This document shows, one piece after another, positions 35,279 through 45,975 of a stretch of DNA of 64,000 nucleotides. The first letter of the stretch is position 1. The number at the start of each line of letters is the position of its first letter. The DNA lies in the NCBI RefSeq assembly GCF_038025025.1, contig NW_027117351.1, positions 248,001 through 312,000 on the forward strand. Direction: 5' to 3'. A program made the translations under genes and the position numbers. This DNA comes from Phyllosticta citribraziliensis. Taxonomy: Eukaryota. The notes under the pieces are model-generated. The model saw only the letters and a list, made by a program, of their open reading frames with translations. It was not told the DNA's origin and made no database searches.

Positions 35279-36906
35279 CGAGGCGCCGGGTTTCGCATTT
35301 CTTCCCATCAGCTCCCGACACGAATAGAGGCGTAATCAAACTTCCTGCTTCCCGGAGTATTCGGCAGGCGGTTGGACCCAATCTGGCATTTCCAGCGGAG
35401 TTATTCTTTACACATCTTTGTCCTTCAAGGGAGCCTCTCAAAAATTCTCGCGCAGGCTAAGCAGCGCATTTATTGGTCTTCGGCGGTGGTGGGCCCTCTC
35501 GGAACGGTCCTCTTTCTCTCTCATCTGGACCCGCTCTTTCCATTTCCCTGACGATTACATTACATTGCTGGCTGCGACCATGGGGCCGCCGGGTTTTGGC
35601 AACCAAATTACGGAATGATCTTTATTACAAGTGCACGCAAGCAAATTTTTTCAATACTTTGGGCTTGGGAGGGCTTGTTCGGTCTCATCTCAACGGACGG
35701 AGCATCAAGTATTGGGAGGAACCCCCCAAAACTGGAACAGAATGGACTCGAGCGCAGCAGGAGTTTTTTTGTCGATTGTTTTTCGTTGTCCAAGTCGCGG
35801 CCGATACGGCCGGACTCGACATGCTTTTGTCGTCGTCGTTATCCTGTTTGCTTTGCTGCTGCACACCGGTAGTTTCAGCTCGTCTGTTTTTCTGTTTGCT
35901 TCAAAGACGGAGCGCTCGTCTTGTCTTGTTTCTCGTCACCCTTCGTATATTTCCCCCCTCGCCCCGCCCCGCCCCCTTTTTGTCTTTTCCTCCTGCTTCT
36001 CTTCGGCGCACCACTTGACAAAAGAAAGACGAGTTTAATAGCGGCGTCGTTTGCCGTCGTGTCTCTTCTTGGAGGCACCGATCGGCAACTTGTGGTCATG
36101 GATCAATATCAATCGATTTGATGGAATCTTTTGCCAAGGCTTTGAGTGTTTGTCCTTGCTGGGGGCGGGAGTGGGCGAGAGGATGGTGATGGCTTAATTA
36201 TCACTGGCCTGACAGGGCGGTTGGTTGTGGATGCAGCGAGGCTTTGCCGTGGAGGTTGCCGTCGTGGTTTCTTGAAAAGGGGTCAGGGCTGGTGGAAGCA
36301 TCTGGTCGGTGTAGTCACAATGGGTGTTGAAAGGAATGAGACACTTTGAGTCTGGCAGTAACAGTGAATGAATGCTCTCTAGATGCTCTCACTTTGCTGG
36401 AACGTTGTGGTACGGTAGGGATACCTCGGCGGGAACGGAAGTGGGGTAGTCAAGTCATTCACGCCGCTTTTCCGTCTTCCAGAATGTGTGAAGACGACAC
36501 GACACGACGTGTGGTCGTTGGAATGATGTGCCGTCCGTGGCCGAACGGGCCCCGAAGCGCGCCGTTGCCGACGAGCCGACTTGAGGCCGACTGGCCATTG
36601 GCTGCCCGTGCTCGCGGATGTCCGGCTCCCCCGGCCATCGTCAATGGACGTACCATCGACGTCATACGCTGCGACCAGCCTGACTTCACTACAACTTCCA
36701 TCTCTGCTGTGCCCAGCGTTATAAACCTGGCCCGCCTACGCTCAATTCTCGCCTATCGCGGCTACCTCTTCCTGCTTTTTCCATTGTCCACTTGTACCAG
36801 GATTCTTGCTGCTTGCACGCGATAGCTTTCCTTGTTCGACGTAGTTCCATCTTCTGGTATCGCCTGGACGTCTAGCACTTTTCCCCGTTGGCAACAAGCA
36901 ACAAAC

Positions 36907-38039
36907 ATGGCGAGCAAAGACAGCCCTAGAGTCTTCTCCCCCAAAAAGAAAATTGAGCTCTTCTCTGGAACCTACTTTGCGGCATGCACGCTGGGAGGTG
37001 TCGTGGGTACGTTCCCAGCTCCAAACACCACATAACGGCCACCAGCTAACCCGCATCCGCAGCCTGCGGGCCCACGCACACGCTCGTCACGCCGCTCGAC
37101 CTGATTAAATGCCAGCGGCAAATCTCGCCCAAGCGGTACCCGTCCAACGCGGCGGCGTTCCGGACGATCCTGTCGTCGCAAGGGCTGCGCGGCGTGTTCC
37201 TGGGCTGGACGCCGACGTTTGTCGGCTACAGCTTGCAGGGCGCCGGCAAGTACGGCTTCTACGAGGTCTTCAAGTACTACTACGGCGAGTCGCTGTTCCC
37301 GTCCATGAACAAGACGCTCGTGTACCTGGCCGCCAGCGCGTCGGCCGAGTTCCTGGCCGACATGGCGCTGTGTCCGTGGGAGGCCGTCAAGGTGCGCATG
37401 CAGACGAGCGACCCGCCGTTTGCGCGCAACTTGCGCGACGGCATGTCCAAGATGATCAAGGCCGAGGGCGTGGGCGGACTGTACGCCGGTCTCGCGCCGC
37501 TCTGGGGGTAAGTCCAATCAACCAACCCCAAGCATTGTTCTAAATTAACGAAAAACAGCCGTCAAATCCCCTACACCATGTGCAAGTTTGCCAGCTTCGA
37601 AAAGGCCGTCGAGGCCATCTACAAGTACCTGGGCAAGCCCAAGGAGAGCTACAGCTCGCTGCAGCAGACGGGCGTCAGCTTCGCCGGCGGCTACATTGCC
37701 GGCATCGCCTGCGCCGTCATTTCGCACCCGGCCGACGTCATGGTCAGCAAGCTCAACGCCGAGAGGAACAAGGGCGAGGGCGCCGTGCAGGCCATGGGCA
37801 GGGTGTATCGCGCCATTGGCTTCAGTGGCCTGTGGAATGGTCTGCCGATGCGGATTATGATGATTGGAACTTTGACGGTGAGTTTCTGCGGCGTCTTTGG
37901 CAGCATCTCCTTTGCCGACCGCACATCCATGTATCCCGCGGCGGACAGAAGCTGACAGTGTGTTCAACAGGCCTTCCAATGGTTCATCTACGACAGCTAC
38001 AAGTCGGCGCTCGGCATGCCCACGACCGGCGGCCACTAG
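36907..38039 (+). CDS. PIC2: Mitochondrial phosphate carrier (Pic2-like), 4 exons
   Basis: [104 protein letters not shown]. Confidence 0.92.
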
Positions 38040-38710
38040 ATTCCCAGCCGAACCACATCTTGCCCCTCACGGCTCGACTCCCCTGAGCCTACTACTACTA
38101 CTACTACGACGACTCCTCCTGACTCCTCCACACCTTCAAGCCACTCCACCTTCTCAGGTTACACGACACCCACCTCCCTACCTTTCTACCTCCAACTCTT
38201 GGCCTCCTTTGTGCCATCGTCATTGTCGTCCTTGTCGTTGTCAAGTCTACCTGTCTGTCTGTCTGTCTGTCTGTCTGGTCGAAGACCCAAGCTTTGCTTT
38301 TCCCAGAGCGCGGCGGCGTCGAGGCGTTTGTCGGTGAACGAGATTGCTTTTCTTTCTAGACTTATTGTTTTCTTCTTTGAATCCCACATCTTCTTGAATG
38401 ATCTTTCCAAACTCTCCTTGAGTCCTTTACCGTTCCTCTCCCTGCAGTGTGGTGTGGTGTGTCTTGTCTACAGCTAGCCTGCGTACCGGATCGTCACGAG
38501 GTGGTGCTCCCGATCCTGTGCTGCAATACAATCATGGCCTTTGATGAGGCAAGTCTTACGCGGACTTGTCAACAAAAAAGGCGGTAATTGTATGCTGAGT
38601 CTTTGGTTTCCTACTATTTTGGATCTTTGAGCTGATGCGGATTGGAGTCCAGGTGAAGAGGTAAGAGGAGAGACCTGACTCCGTGTCAGACGCGTACTTG
38701 AGCCTGTTGG

Positions 38711-38979
38711 CCTGTCTTGGTGAAGTTGGCGGCGCGGTGGAGTAGCAAGACAACCAACACTACCAGCCACGACACTTACGCAGCTAACCAACGCCAGGCT
38801 CCGAAGAGTATGCTTTATATTTTCAAAAGTTTGATTCCTTCTCAAGGATTGTGTAGGATGCCAGTTGTGGACGTTTGGCGCCGTGGTACGATGGCATCTT
38901 TCAGGTGCTGCCAACCACAGAGGCGGATTCCGCGTTCGATACCCTGCCCTTCCGATTTTCTTTTGCCCTTTTTTTTTTG
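38711..38979 (+). other. Possible further tRNA-like Pol III relic (E8)
   Basis: A-box-like TGGTGAAGTTGG (38718-38729); B-box-like GCGTTCGATAC (38932-38942) followed by T-runs; spacing longer than in the other elements. Confidence 0.3.
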
Positions 38980-39844
38980 TTCCGTCACTGCTCTAGCCGA
39001 AGGAAAGAGTACATATCAGACGAGGCAACGAAATCGGCGCCTACGCTTCCGCCCTCCGCTTCCGCCTTCCGGTTCTGCCCTCCGCGCTCCGCGCTCCGCC
39101 CTCCACCACAGCTCTGCGCCTCTCCATTGCTGTCAATTCTTTTTGCCCTCCTGTCGGTGCCCAAGCAGCGACTGCATGAGCTCTGTCGCCGTGCGCAGAC
39201 AAGTCTGGATATCTCGCACTTCGACTCTCTCCCCTCTCCAAAAAGTGCGCTCTCGCCCCGAAACTTTTCCCAAAGCCTCACCACACTTGGACAGCATCCG
39301 CCGCACACCGCTTTCCGACAATTCGCAGATCGCAGGTCGCAGGTCAACATGGGGATCTCAACTCTTTCCAACCTTTCTTCGTGCCTCTTGTCTCTGATCC
39401 TGTAGACATGATCTTTTTCTTCATCTTTTCCTGTTTCGGCGTTGACACCAATCACGAGAATGACGCCGCTTTATCCTTGAGCTTCCGCAAGGTGTGCAAC
39501 AAAGAAGGTAGGCGTTTGCGAGGAAGAATGGCACTACTTCAACAGGGCCGGCTTTGTGCTCTTCTACAGCACGCCCTGGTTTCAGCCACGCACTCAGGCG
39601 CGCTCCTTGGTCGCCACCTTCATGGGCCGTAGAAGCGCTCGGTCGTGCACGAAGTGCGGTAGGTCAATGTTCGGACATCCCTCCTTTGGATTTTTGGGCC
39701 GACCCAGGTGAGAGCGTACGTAGGTAGGTGCGGAGGCAAAAGGAAGAGAGTGAGTGGAGCGGCAAAAGAATTAACACCACTCAGTCAACCTGCGCGACAT
39801 TTGGGCCGACATCTGGTTGCCGGCAGGCGCAAAACGAAACGAGC

Positions 39845-39963
39845 AAAAAGGAATTAGGACCAAGGTGGAATCGAACTTAGGAGCGACTGTGTTGGTTCAT
39901 CTTGCACAGAGGCCAAGTAATCAAACCCGGTTTGTAGACGTAACCAATTGCGCTATCCGACCC
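39845..39963 (-). ncRNA. tRNA-like Pol III cassette E6
   Basis: Minus strand: GGGTCGGA + A box TAGCGCAATTGG (39955-39944); B box AAGTTCGATTC (39878-39868); 3' TTGGTCC pairs (WC or wobble) with 5' GGGTCGG; TTTTT (39849-39845); internal CAAAC/GTTTG hairpin. Confidence 0.6.
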
Positions 39964-40465
39964 ATTTCTTGATCCATGACTGAAGGTCAAAGTTTTCAAA
40001 TTATATCCTAAAAAAAAGTTCTTAGGTTGCCTGTGCTATTTTCAGCCGGAAAGGGACGAATACTTTGCCAATTAATCGACAAGAACCAGCACCACACGTG
40101 CAGCTGCACAGTTATTTCCCGAGCTGCAAGCTTTGGCGCTACGATCAAGACCCGCTCACCATGAGCGTGGTGTCGCATCGGCGTAGGCGACGCGACGCAC
40201 ACCGCCTGGCAGAACTCCTCCATGTTTTATGGCACCAAGGTAGGTAACGTTCGCGAGCTTTACCTCTCTCTTCCTCTTTCCTTTTCCTTCCAAACTTGAA
40301 GGAATGTCTTGTCGTCCTGCGGTCTGGTCGCAACACCGTCTACCAGTTTCTCTTCAAACTTTTGACGCCATCTCGCTGTCGCCACTTCTGCCACCGCCAC
40401 CACCACCACCACCCACCATCACCCACCCAGCGAAAGGGTTTCAGAACACTCGGTCGCACTTCATC

Positions 40466-41810
40466 ATGAGTGCCTCCGCGTCAGCCCTTGGGGCGGAAAT
40501 CCCCAGCTTTTCTGAGGCTGATGAGTCGCAAAGGCCACTTCTGACAATCCAGCACGTGGGCATCAACAACATCCTCGACAAAGATGTGCAGCCACGCGAA
40601 CGCTCCCGTGACAATTCAAGAGCGCGCATCGACGAGCCAGACGTGCGCATCTTGAGCCCTGAGGAGTATCCGTACCATTTTCTTCGCGCACTCGAGCGGC
40701 TTGTGCGCCTATGCGACGACCTGGCCCAGCTCAAGCTGCTGATACGCCGCCGCGTCGATTGCAGGAAGAGTGACGCAAGGTATCGCACACGATGTCGGCT
40801 TGCGCGAGAGGTCCTCACCCTCGACCTTCATGCTGTCCACAATGATCTCTGCGACGAACGCGAAGAAGACGTGTCCGCCACCGATAGGGCAGCCTAGGGC
40901 ACATCGCAGCGTAAGCGCCCCGCCGACTCGCCCATAAGGACCGTCGAGCAGCAAGCAAATGCCAAGAAGCCGCGAATGAACTTTCCGGAACAAGACGACG
41001 AGCTCAATGATGATGTGCATATCAAGCAGGAAGAGGAGCGGGGCGACGACCAGTACATCAAACAAGAAGAGCAGGAATGCGGACTACGATATGTGCTGGA
41101 ATACGCGCCCGGTGGTCAGGATATCGATCAGGAGGACATCAAGCAGGAGGACGTCAAGCATGAGGAAGAGCGGAGTGATGACCAAAATGACGACGACCCG
41201 CAGGATGGTGAGCCCAGTGCCCAGGCATCGAAGAAGAGTCGGAGGGGCACAGCCCACAGAGCTGGCAAGGCACGCAAGGAGCAGCAAGAGAGAAGGGAAC
41301 GGAAGGTAGAGTACGCCAGGCGGACAGCCGACATCTTGAGCGCCCACCCTCGCCACGACGACGCTCTCACCAAGGACTTCAACTCGACTGCAGAGTCCAG
41401 CTGGATCCTGCGGCTGCTCCAATCCCAAGTCAACCGTCTCGGAGAGATCAGGCGCCGCCTGGACTTCAGCGAGCAGGACGCAGAGCCGCAGGCTGCCAAG
41501 CTCGCCGCGCACCTGGCTGCCTCGTCGGCGCTCAGTGAGGCCACGCGCACGCTGGATGGAAAGGACAAGTGGAAGTTACTGCAGCACCACGTGTTGGACA
41601 TGGAAGACGACCGCACGCACCTGGAGCACAAGGCCGTTGTTCTCAAGACGAGCATCCGCAAGCTCTAGTACGTCCGACCCTCCTTTCCCATCATGCGCGG
41701 CTGTAGAGTAGCCTGAGTTGACTGACTTCCGACACAGCGAATTCACCAAGGAGAAGAATTATCGTCTTCGGAGAGATATGGAGGCAAGCGTTCTCGAGGC
41801 ACTCACTTGA
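40466..41810 (+). pseudogene. Family member P6 with in-frame TAG at 40895-40897; intron 41668-41737
   Basis: VGINNILDKDVQPRE...ARIDEPDVRILSPEEYP...LCDDLAQLKLLIRRRV...RLAREVLTLDL. After the TAG the same frame reads GTSQRKRPADSP...IKQE repeats...AAHLAASSALSEATR...RKL-TA|GTACGT..CTGAC..CAG|, then exon 2 YEFTKEKNYRLRRDMEASVLEALT*. Confidence 0.85.
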
Positions 41811-42163
41811 AGCCATAGGCGCGTCTGCCAGTGCCATCAAGAGTTCGCAAAGACAGTCTTGTATCATGCAGCACCACGACCACCGACCAGCTGTACCGCC
41901 ATGCGTCGACGACAGAAGGCAGTGCCTCTCTACTCACATCAGCCACGCGCCAGAGCAGCCAGACGCGCTTTCTTGTAGGGATCAGCAACATTCACGCCCG
42001 ACCCCCTCACTGTCCACGGAGCAGCCATGTCTCCTCTTCTGCAAAGGTCTCGGGAGCGGAAGCCACCAACCCACACAAAGGCAAGCCCCCCAATTTCATC
42101 GCTGCCGAAACCTTCCTAACACGCTTGACAGCACCTCCAGACAACCGCCCAGTTAGTACGGCA

Positions 42164-42268
42164 GTTGGCACTCTTTGGCACTTTCAGCGCTCTATTTTGG
42201 ACAAGAAGGTGTTGGGAAAGGAGGGGAAGGCTTGGATTGCTTGGTATTCGAGGGGCTAGAGGATCGCT
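42164..42268 (+). repeat. Conserved non-coding block downstream of P6 (partner 45293-45397)
   Basis: TTTGGCACT..GCGCTCTATTTTGGACA.GAAGG.GT.GG.AAGG..GGGAA..CTTGGATTGCTTGGTATTCGA shared between the two copies. Confidence 0.85.
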
Positions 42269-42861
42269 GTGTCGTGCATTGCATTGAATTTACTACACAA
42301 AGCCGCCCTACAGGCAACGAAATGTGTTTCGGCGTTGCGATGGGAGCGGCAGTCGCAGGCGCCATTCATTGTGCACATAGGACAAACGCAAGTAGATGGG
42401 AGGCGTAATTTGGAGCGACAGCACCTCTTCATGTTGCCTCGAAGCGCGACCACCCACACGAGGGCCAGCAACCTCAACAGCGTTGCTCTCTGAGCGCACC
42501 TGGCTGCGTTGATCACCTACCTACGCACCTACACGGAAAGGCTCTCGACTCAGCGCCGCGGCTCCACTGCCTACCGCCCGAAAGCTTGGTCAAACCTTTG
42601 TCTAGAAACACATCTTCTGACCCCCTCGGCCGGCGCTCGATTGCTCGCTTTGTTGATTGAAGCGGGTGATGCGGTCTAATTCTTCTGTAGATTTTCTTGT
42701 GATGACTTGATTTTTGTTACTATGACGCGATGGGCGCGTTGGGCGCGTTTGGAAATGAGCGATGGTGCTAAGAAGACAGAGATTGGTTGGGAGTTTGTCG
42801 TAGAAGGCTCGCGTCAGGATTGCGCAGAGCGGTAGAGACAATCGCAGGGTCAGCCGTACCT

Positions 42862-43102
42862 AGCCCGGCGGCTTAGTTGATCATTCAAACAGAGCTAGCT
42901 GGTACCTTTGACAATGGTGGGGCATGCCTTTAACTATATAATTTTGTTCAGCAGTCATTTCTTTCAAGTAAGTCTTAGGTCCTTTGGCGACGTTGGGAGA
43001 TGCTTTGGAGTCATCCACATAATTGAAAAAGTGGCTCTGATTCGGCTGTAAAAGGCTTCTAGAGTATCAAACAGTTCGAGCCTCCTTCCGGGCTTACTTT
43101 TT
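42862..43102 (+). ncRNA. tRNA-like Pol III cassette E7 (two alternative 5' ends)
   Basis: AGCCCGG (42862-42868) pairs perfectly with CCGGGCT (43088-43094) and is followed by A-box-like CGGCTTAGTTGA. Internal family-type start GGTCCTT + TGGCGACGTTGG (42978-42996). B box CAGTTCGAGCC (43072-43082); oligo-T from 43098. Confidence 0.6.
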
Positions 43103-43992
43103 GTTTTCTTTTTTGTCTGTCCTACTTCTTTTTGCGGGCTCGGATCTCTATCTCTCTGCCTCTGTGCCTGTCGTTTTTGCTCCATGGCGATCTAGAGTAG
43201 CGTCTTTGGCATCGGCTCGCCTGTCTGGCTGCTGTGGCTGTTCTTTTGGGCGCTCCGCTACGAAATGAATTCATCCAGGCCCGACTTTGCAGACTCAAAT
43301 TCTCACCTGAAGATTGTTGGCCCTCTCTCTGTAGCTCTTCACCTGGTCGCGTTGGCATGCAAGGAATCGCTAGTGACGAGGTTGTGTTTGATGGCGGGTG
43401 TTGTCTGCGCCCCAGAAAGCAGAGTGCAGCAGTCGACAAGGCGCATTACGTACCAAAGAGTCAACACTCTCTCTGTCTGATGTAGGGCCTCGTGCACAAC
43501 AGCTCACTAAGACCATCAGCAGCAGTAGTAGTAGGAGCGCGCACTCTGGCTGCTGGGCATGATGCCGCTTGGTACATTGAGTACTTACCTTACTCTACCC
43601 TGCCCAGCCAACCACTGCCCGCCAATTCCGCGTCTTCGCAACTTGTGCCAAAAACTTGCAATTCCTTTTCAAGGCGTGACTGAGCGCCGAAGTACCCAGG
43701 TTGCGGGCGCTGCGTAGATTTCCATCTGACACTGGGCCAGATCACCCGGACCTCAACGACCCGATTCCTTCGGCGCGTCCTCTCCTCGACTTTGTTCGGT
43801 GCACCGAAGCCAATTGTTTTGCGCCTGACGTCTCTCCAAGTTTCGCCGCCGGGCGCACCTCGTCGTCCGCATTCTCTTGGTGTTGACACCCAACTTCAAC
43901 GCCTACCATCATCACTTTGTCGCCAGCGTTTTTCTCCACAACAACAAGTCCTCCACGATCCCTCCCTCTCTTTCGAATGAGCGCGATTCACC

Positions 43993-45175
43993 ATGCCTAA
44001 GATTACGCATGTCAAGATTCGCGATGCCTTGACGCGCATCCAAGATGTCGGAGTGGACAACATCCTCCATGACCACATCAGGCCGCGCGCTCCACGCAAC
44101 GGTGACCCGAGCTTGAAGATATTGATGAACGAGCCCGACACACGCATCCTGAGCGTTCACGACTGGTCCCAGCATCTCATCACGACCATAGACAAGCTGC
44201 TCATCGAATGCAAGGACCACCCGCGCGCCAAGGCTCTGCTTCTCCACCACGTCCAGAAAAGACAACAGGACACTCGCATTCGCGAACGCATGCGGCTGAT
44301 CAGAGAAGTCCAGGCGACTGACGTTGACGCCGCGCGAAAGGAAATTGCGGGTGGGGCCAATCCGGGTGGAAAGCGCAAGCAGAGAGCCGACTCGCCGCTC
44401 GATGAGCATATCCACAAAGCTGAGCAGCAGCAGCCCACGAAGAAACAGAGGGTTGATCTCAAAAGTCTGAGCTTGGGAGACAAGGGACAGAACACTTCGT
44501 CGAGCAACAGCAATGGTGCTCGGCGCCCGCCCGCGGCAAGTGGCATCAACGCCCTCGCGCCCATCAACACCAGCGACAGCGCTGAGCGCCCGACCACGGG
44601 AGCAAACACCCGCGCCCGCGAGCCCTTCAGCACGAACGGTGCTCGCCACCCACTCATGGATAGCAGCGTCAGTCTCCTCGCGCCAACCCCGACCGCCAGC
44701 AACAACACTGAGCCGCCGTCCGTGGGCTCCAATCTCGACACCCATCCACCCAGCAACGAAGCGCTGCAGGCTTTCAGGCGTTTCCGCCACAAGCGCAGCT
44801 GGGTCACCGAGTTGCTTGCCGAAGACCTTGACCGCATCGAGGCGACAGAGAAACCGAAGCTGCGAAGTTCTCAGCGCACATGATTTCGTCGTCCTCGCTG
44901 GGTGACGCGACCCGCGACATGGTCGGCAAACGCGACGGCGAGTTTCTCGAGCACTACAGGCTCCGGGTGCTGGATGAGCACTCTTACCTGGCGCACCATC
45001 GCGCAGTCACCCAGACGAGCGCTCGGAAGCTCGTGTAGGCCTTTCCTCTCTGTGCCTCTCCGGTTCAGCCTTTTGATGCGAGGTGGCTAACGGTTTCTGC
45101 AGCAAGTACATCAGAGAGGAAGCGGCACTCAATCTGAGCTGGACGCTCCAGAAGCGCGTCAGGGACTTGTTGTAA
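43993..45175 (+). pseudogene. Family member P7 with a frameshifting deletion near 44840; intron 45035-45102
   Basis: VGVDNILHDHIRPR...LMNEPDTRILSVHDW...KALLLHHVQKRQ...RLIREVQATDV. After DLDRIE the homologous AAKFSAHMISSSSLGDATRDM...EHYRLRV...SARKL lies in a different frame. Exon 2 reads VKYIREEAALNLSWTLQKRVRDLL*. Confidence 0.85.
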
Positions 45176-45292
45176 GAAGCCGAGACGCCTTGAAGTTGGT
45201 GCCGGTACCAAGGAGCATTCGTGTGGAGCACTTGACGCCTTTTCGTCGACCATGGAGTACTTTGGGGGTGTTGTTGGAAACCCGCGTCTGTT

Positions 45293-45397
45293 GTTGGGGC
45301 TATTTGGCACTCTCGCGCTCTATTTTGGACATGAAGGCGTCGGAAAGGGAAGGGAAAGACTTGGATTGCTTGGTATTCGAAGTGATGGATGGTCACT
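45293..45397 (+). repeat. Conserved non-coding block downstream of P7 (partner 42164-42268)
   Basis: Same shared sequence as the partner copy. Confidence 0.85.
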
Positions 45398-45975
45398 TTC
45401 GACTTGGAAAAAGCGTCATGAAATTCAAAACCACTGGATTTTTGGGAGAAATGCAGCAGAAGAGGAATTGGAGGATGGTAGTTGGATACGTACTGTAGGA
45501 ACATGCCAGGCGGCGGCGCCATGCCTGGCAGCCATTGCGGTGGTCTATCTCTGTTGATTTCGAATGAACTGCTACCTCCTGATACGGCGGCCACACTTAG
45601 GGAGCATTCATATCCTACAATAGATGAAGTCAGGGCGCTGTCGTCCGCGAGGTACCTACCTACCGGCAGGTACGGCACCAGACACGTGTAGTCTCAATTC
45701 CATGGTTCCGTCCGCACCGTTCCTCTCTCGACCACCGTACCGTACCGCACACCGACCGCACCGGACGCGACGCGAGGCCAGATATTCCGCGGCAGGCGCT
45801 GCGGTTGGTTGGTTGATGCTCTCAAACTCAACGGAATAATTACGACCGCCCGGCCCACCACCTACCTACCTACCTAACTACCAACCAACCAACCTCACCA
45901 CCAGCATCTGCCTCCCCACACACATCACGAACGCTCCCACCACGCGTCCCACTCAAACCTACGCACGCACGCACG

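Noticed and set aside
35440..35770. Possible structured ncRNA (RNase P/MRP-like) ending at a T-run
   Set aside because: Only a 6-bp complementarity (GCTGCG/CGCAGC); conserved P4 motifs not found; likely the 3' UTR of the F-box gene.
1432..43102. Calling E1-E7 functional tRNAs with anticodons
   Set aside because: T-stems or acceptor stems are broken and no unambiguous anticodon arm can be drawn by eye.
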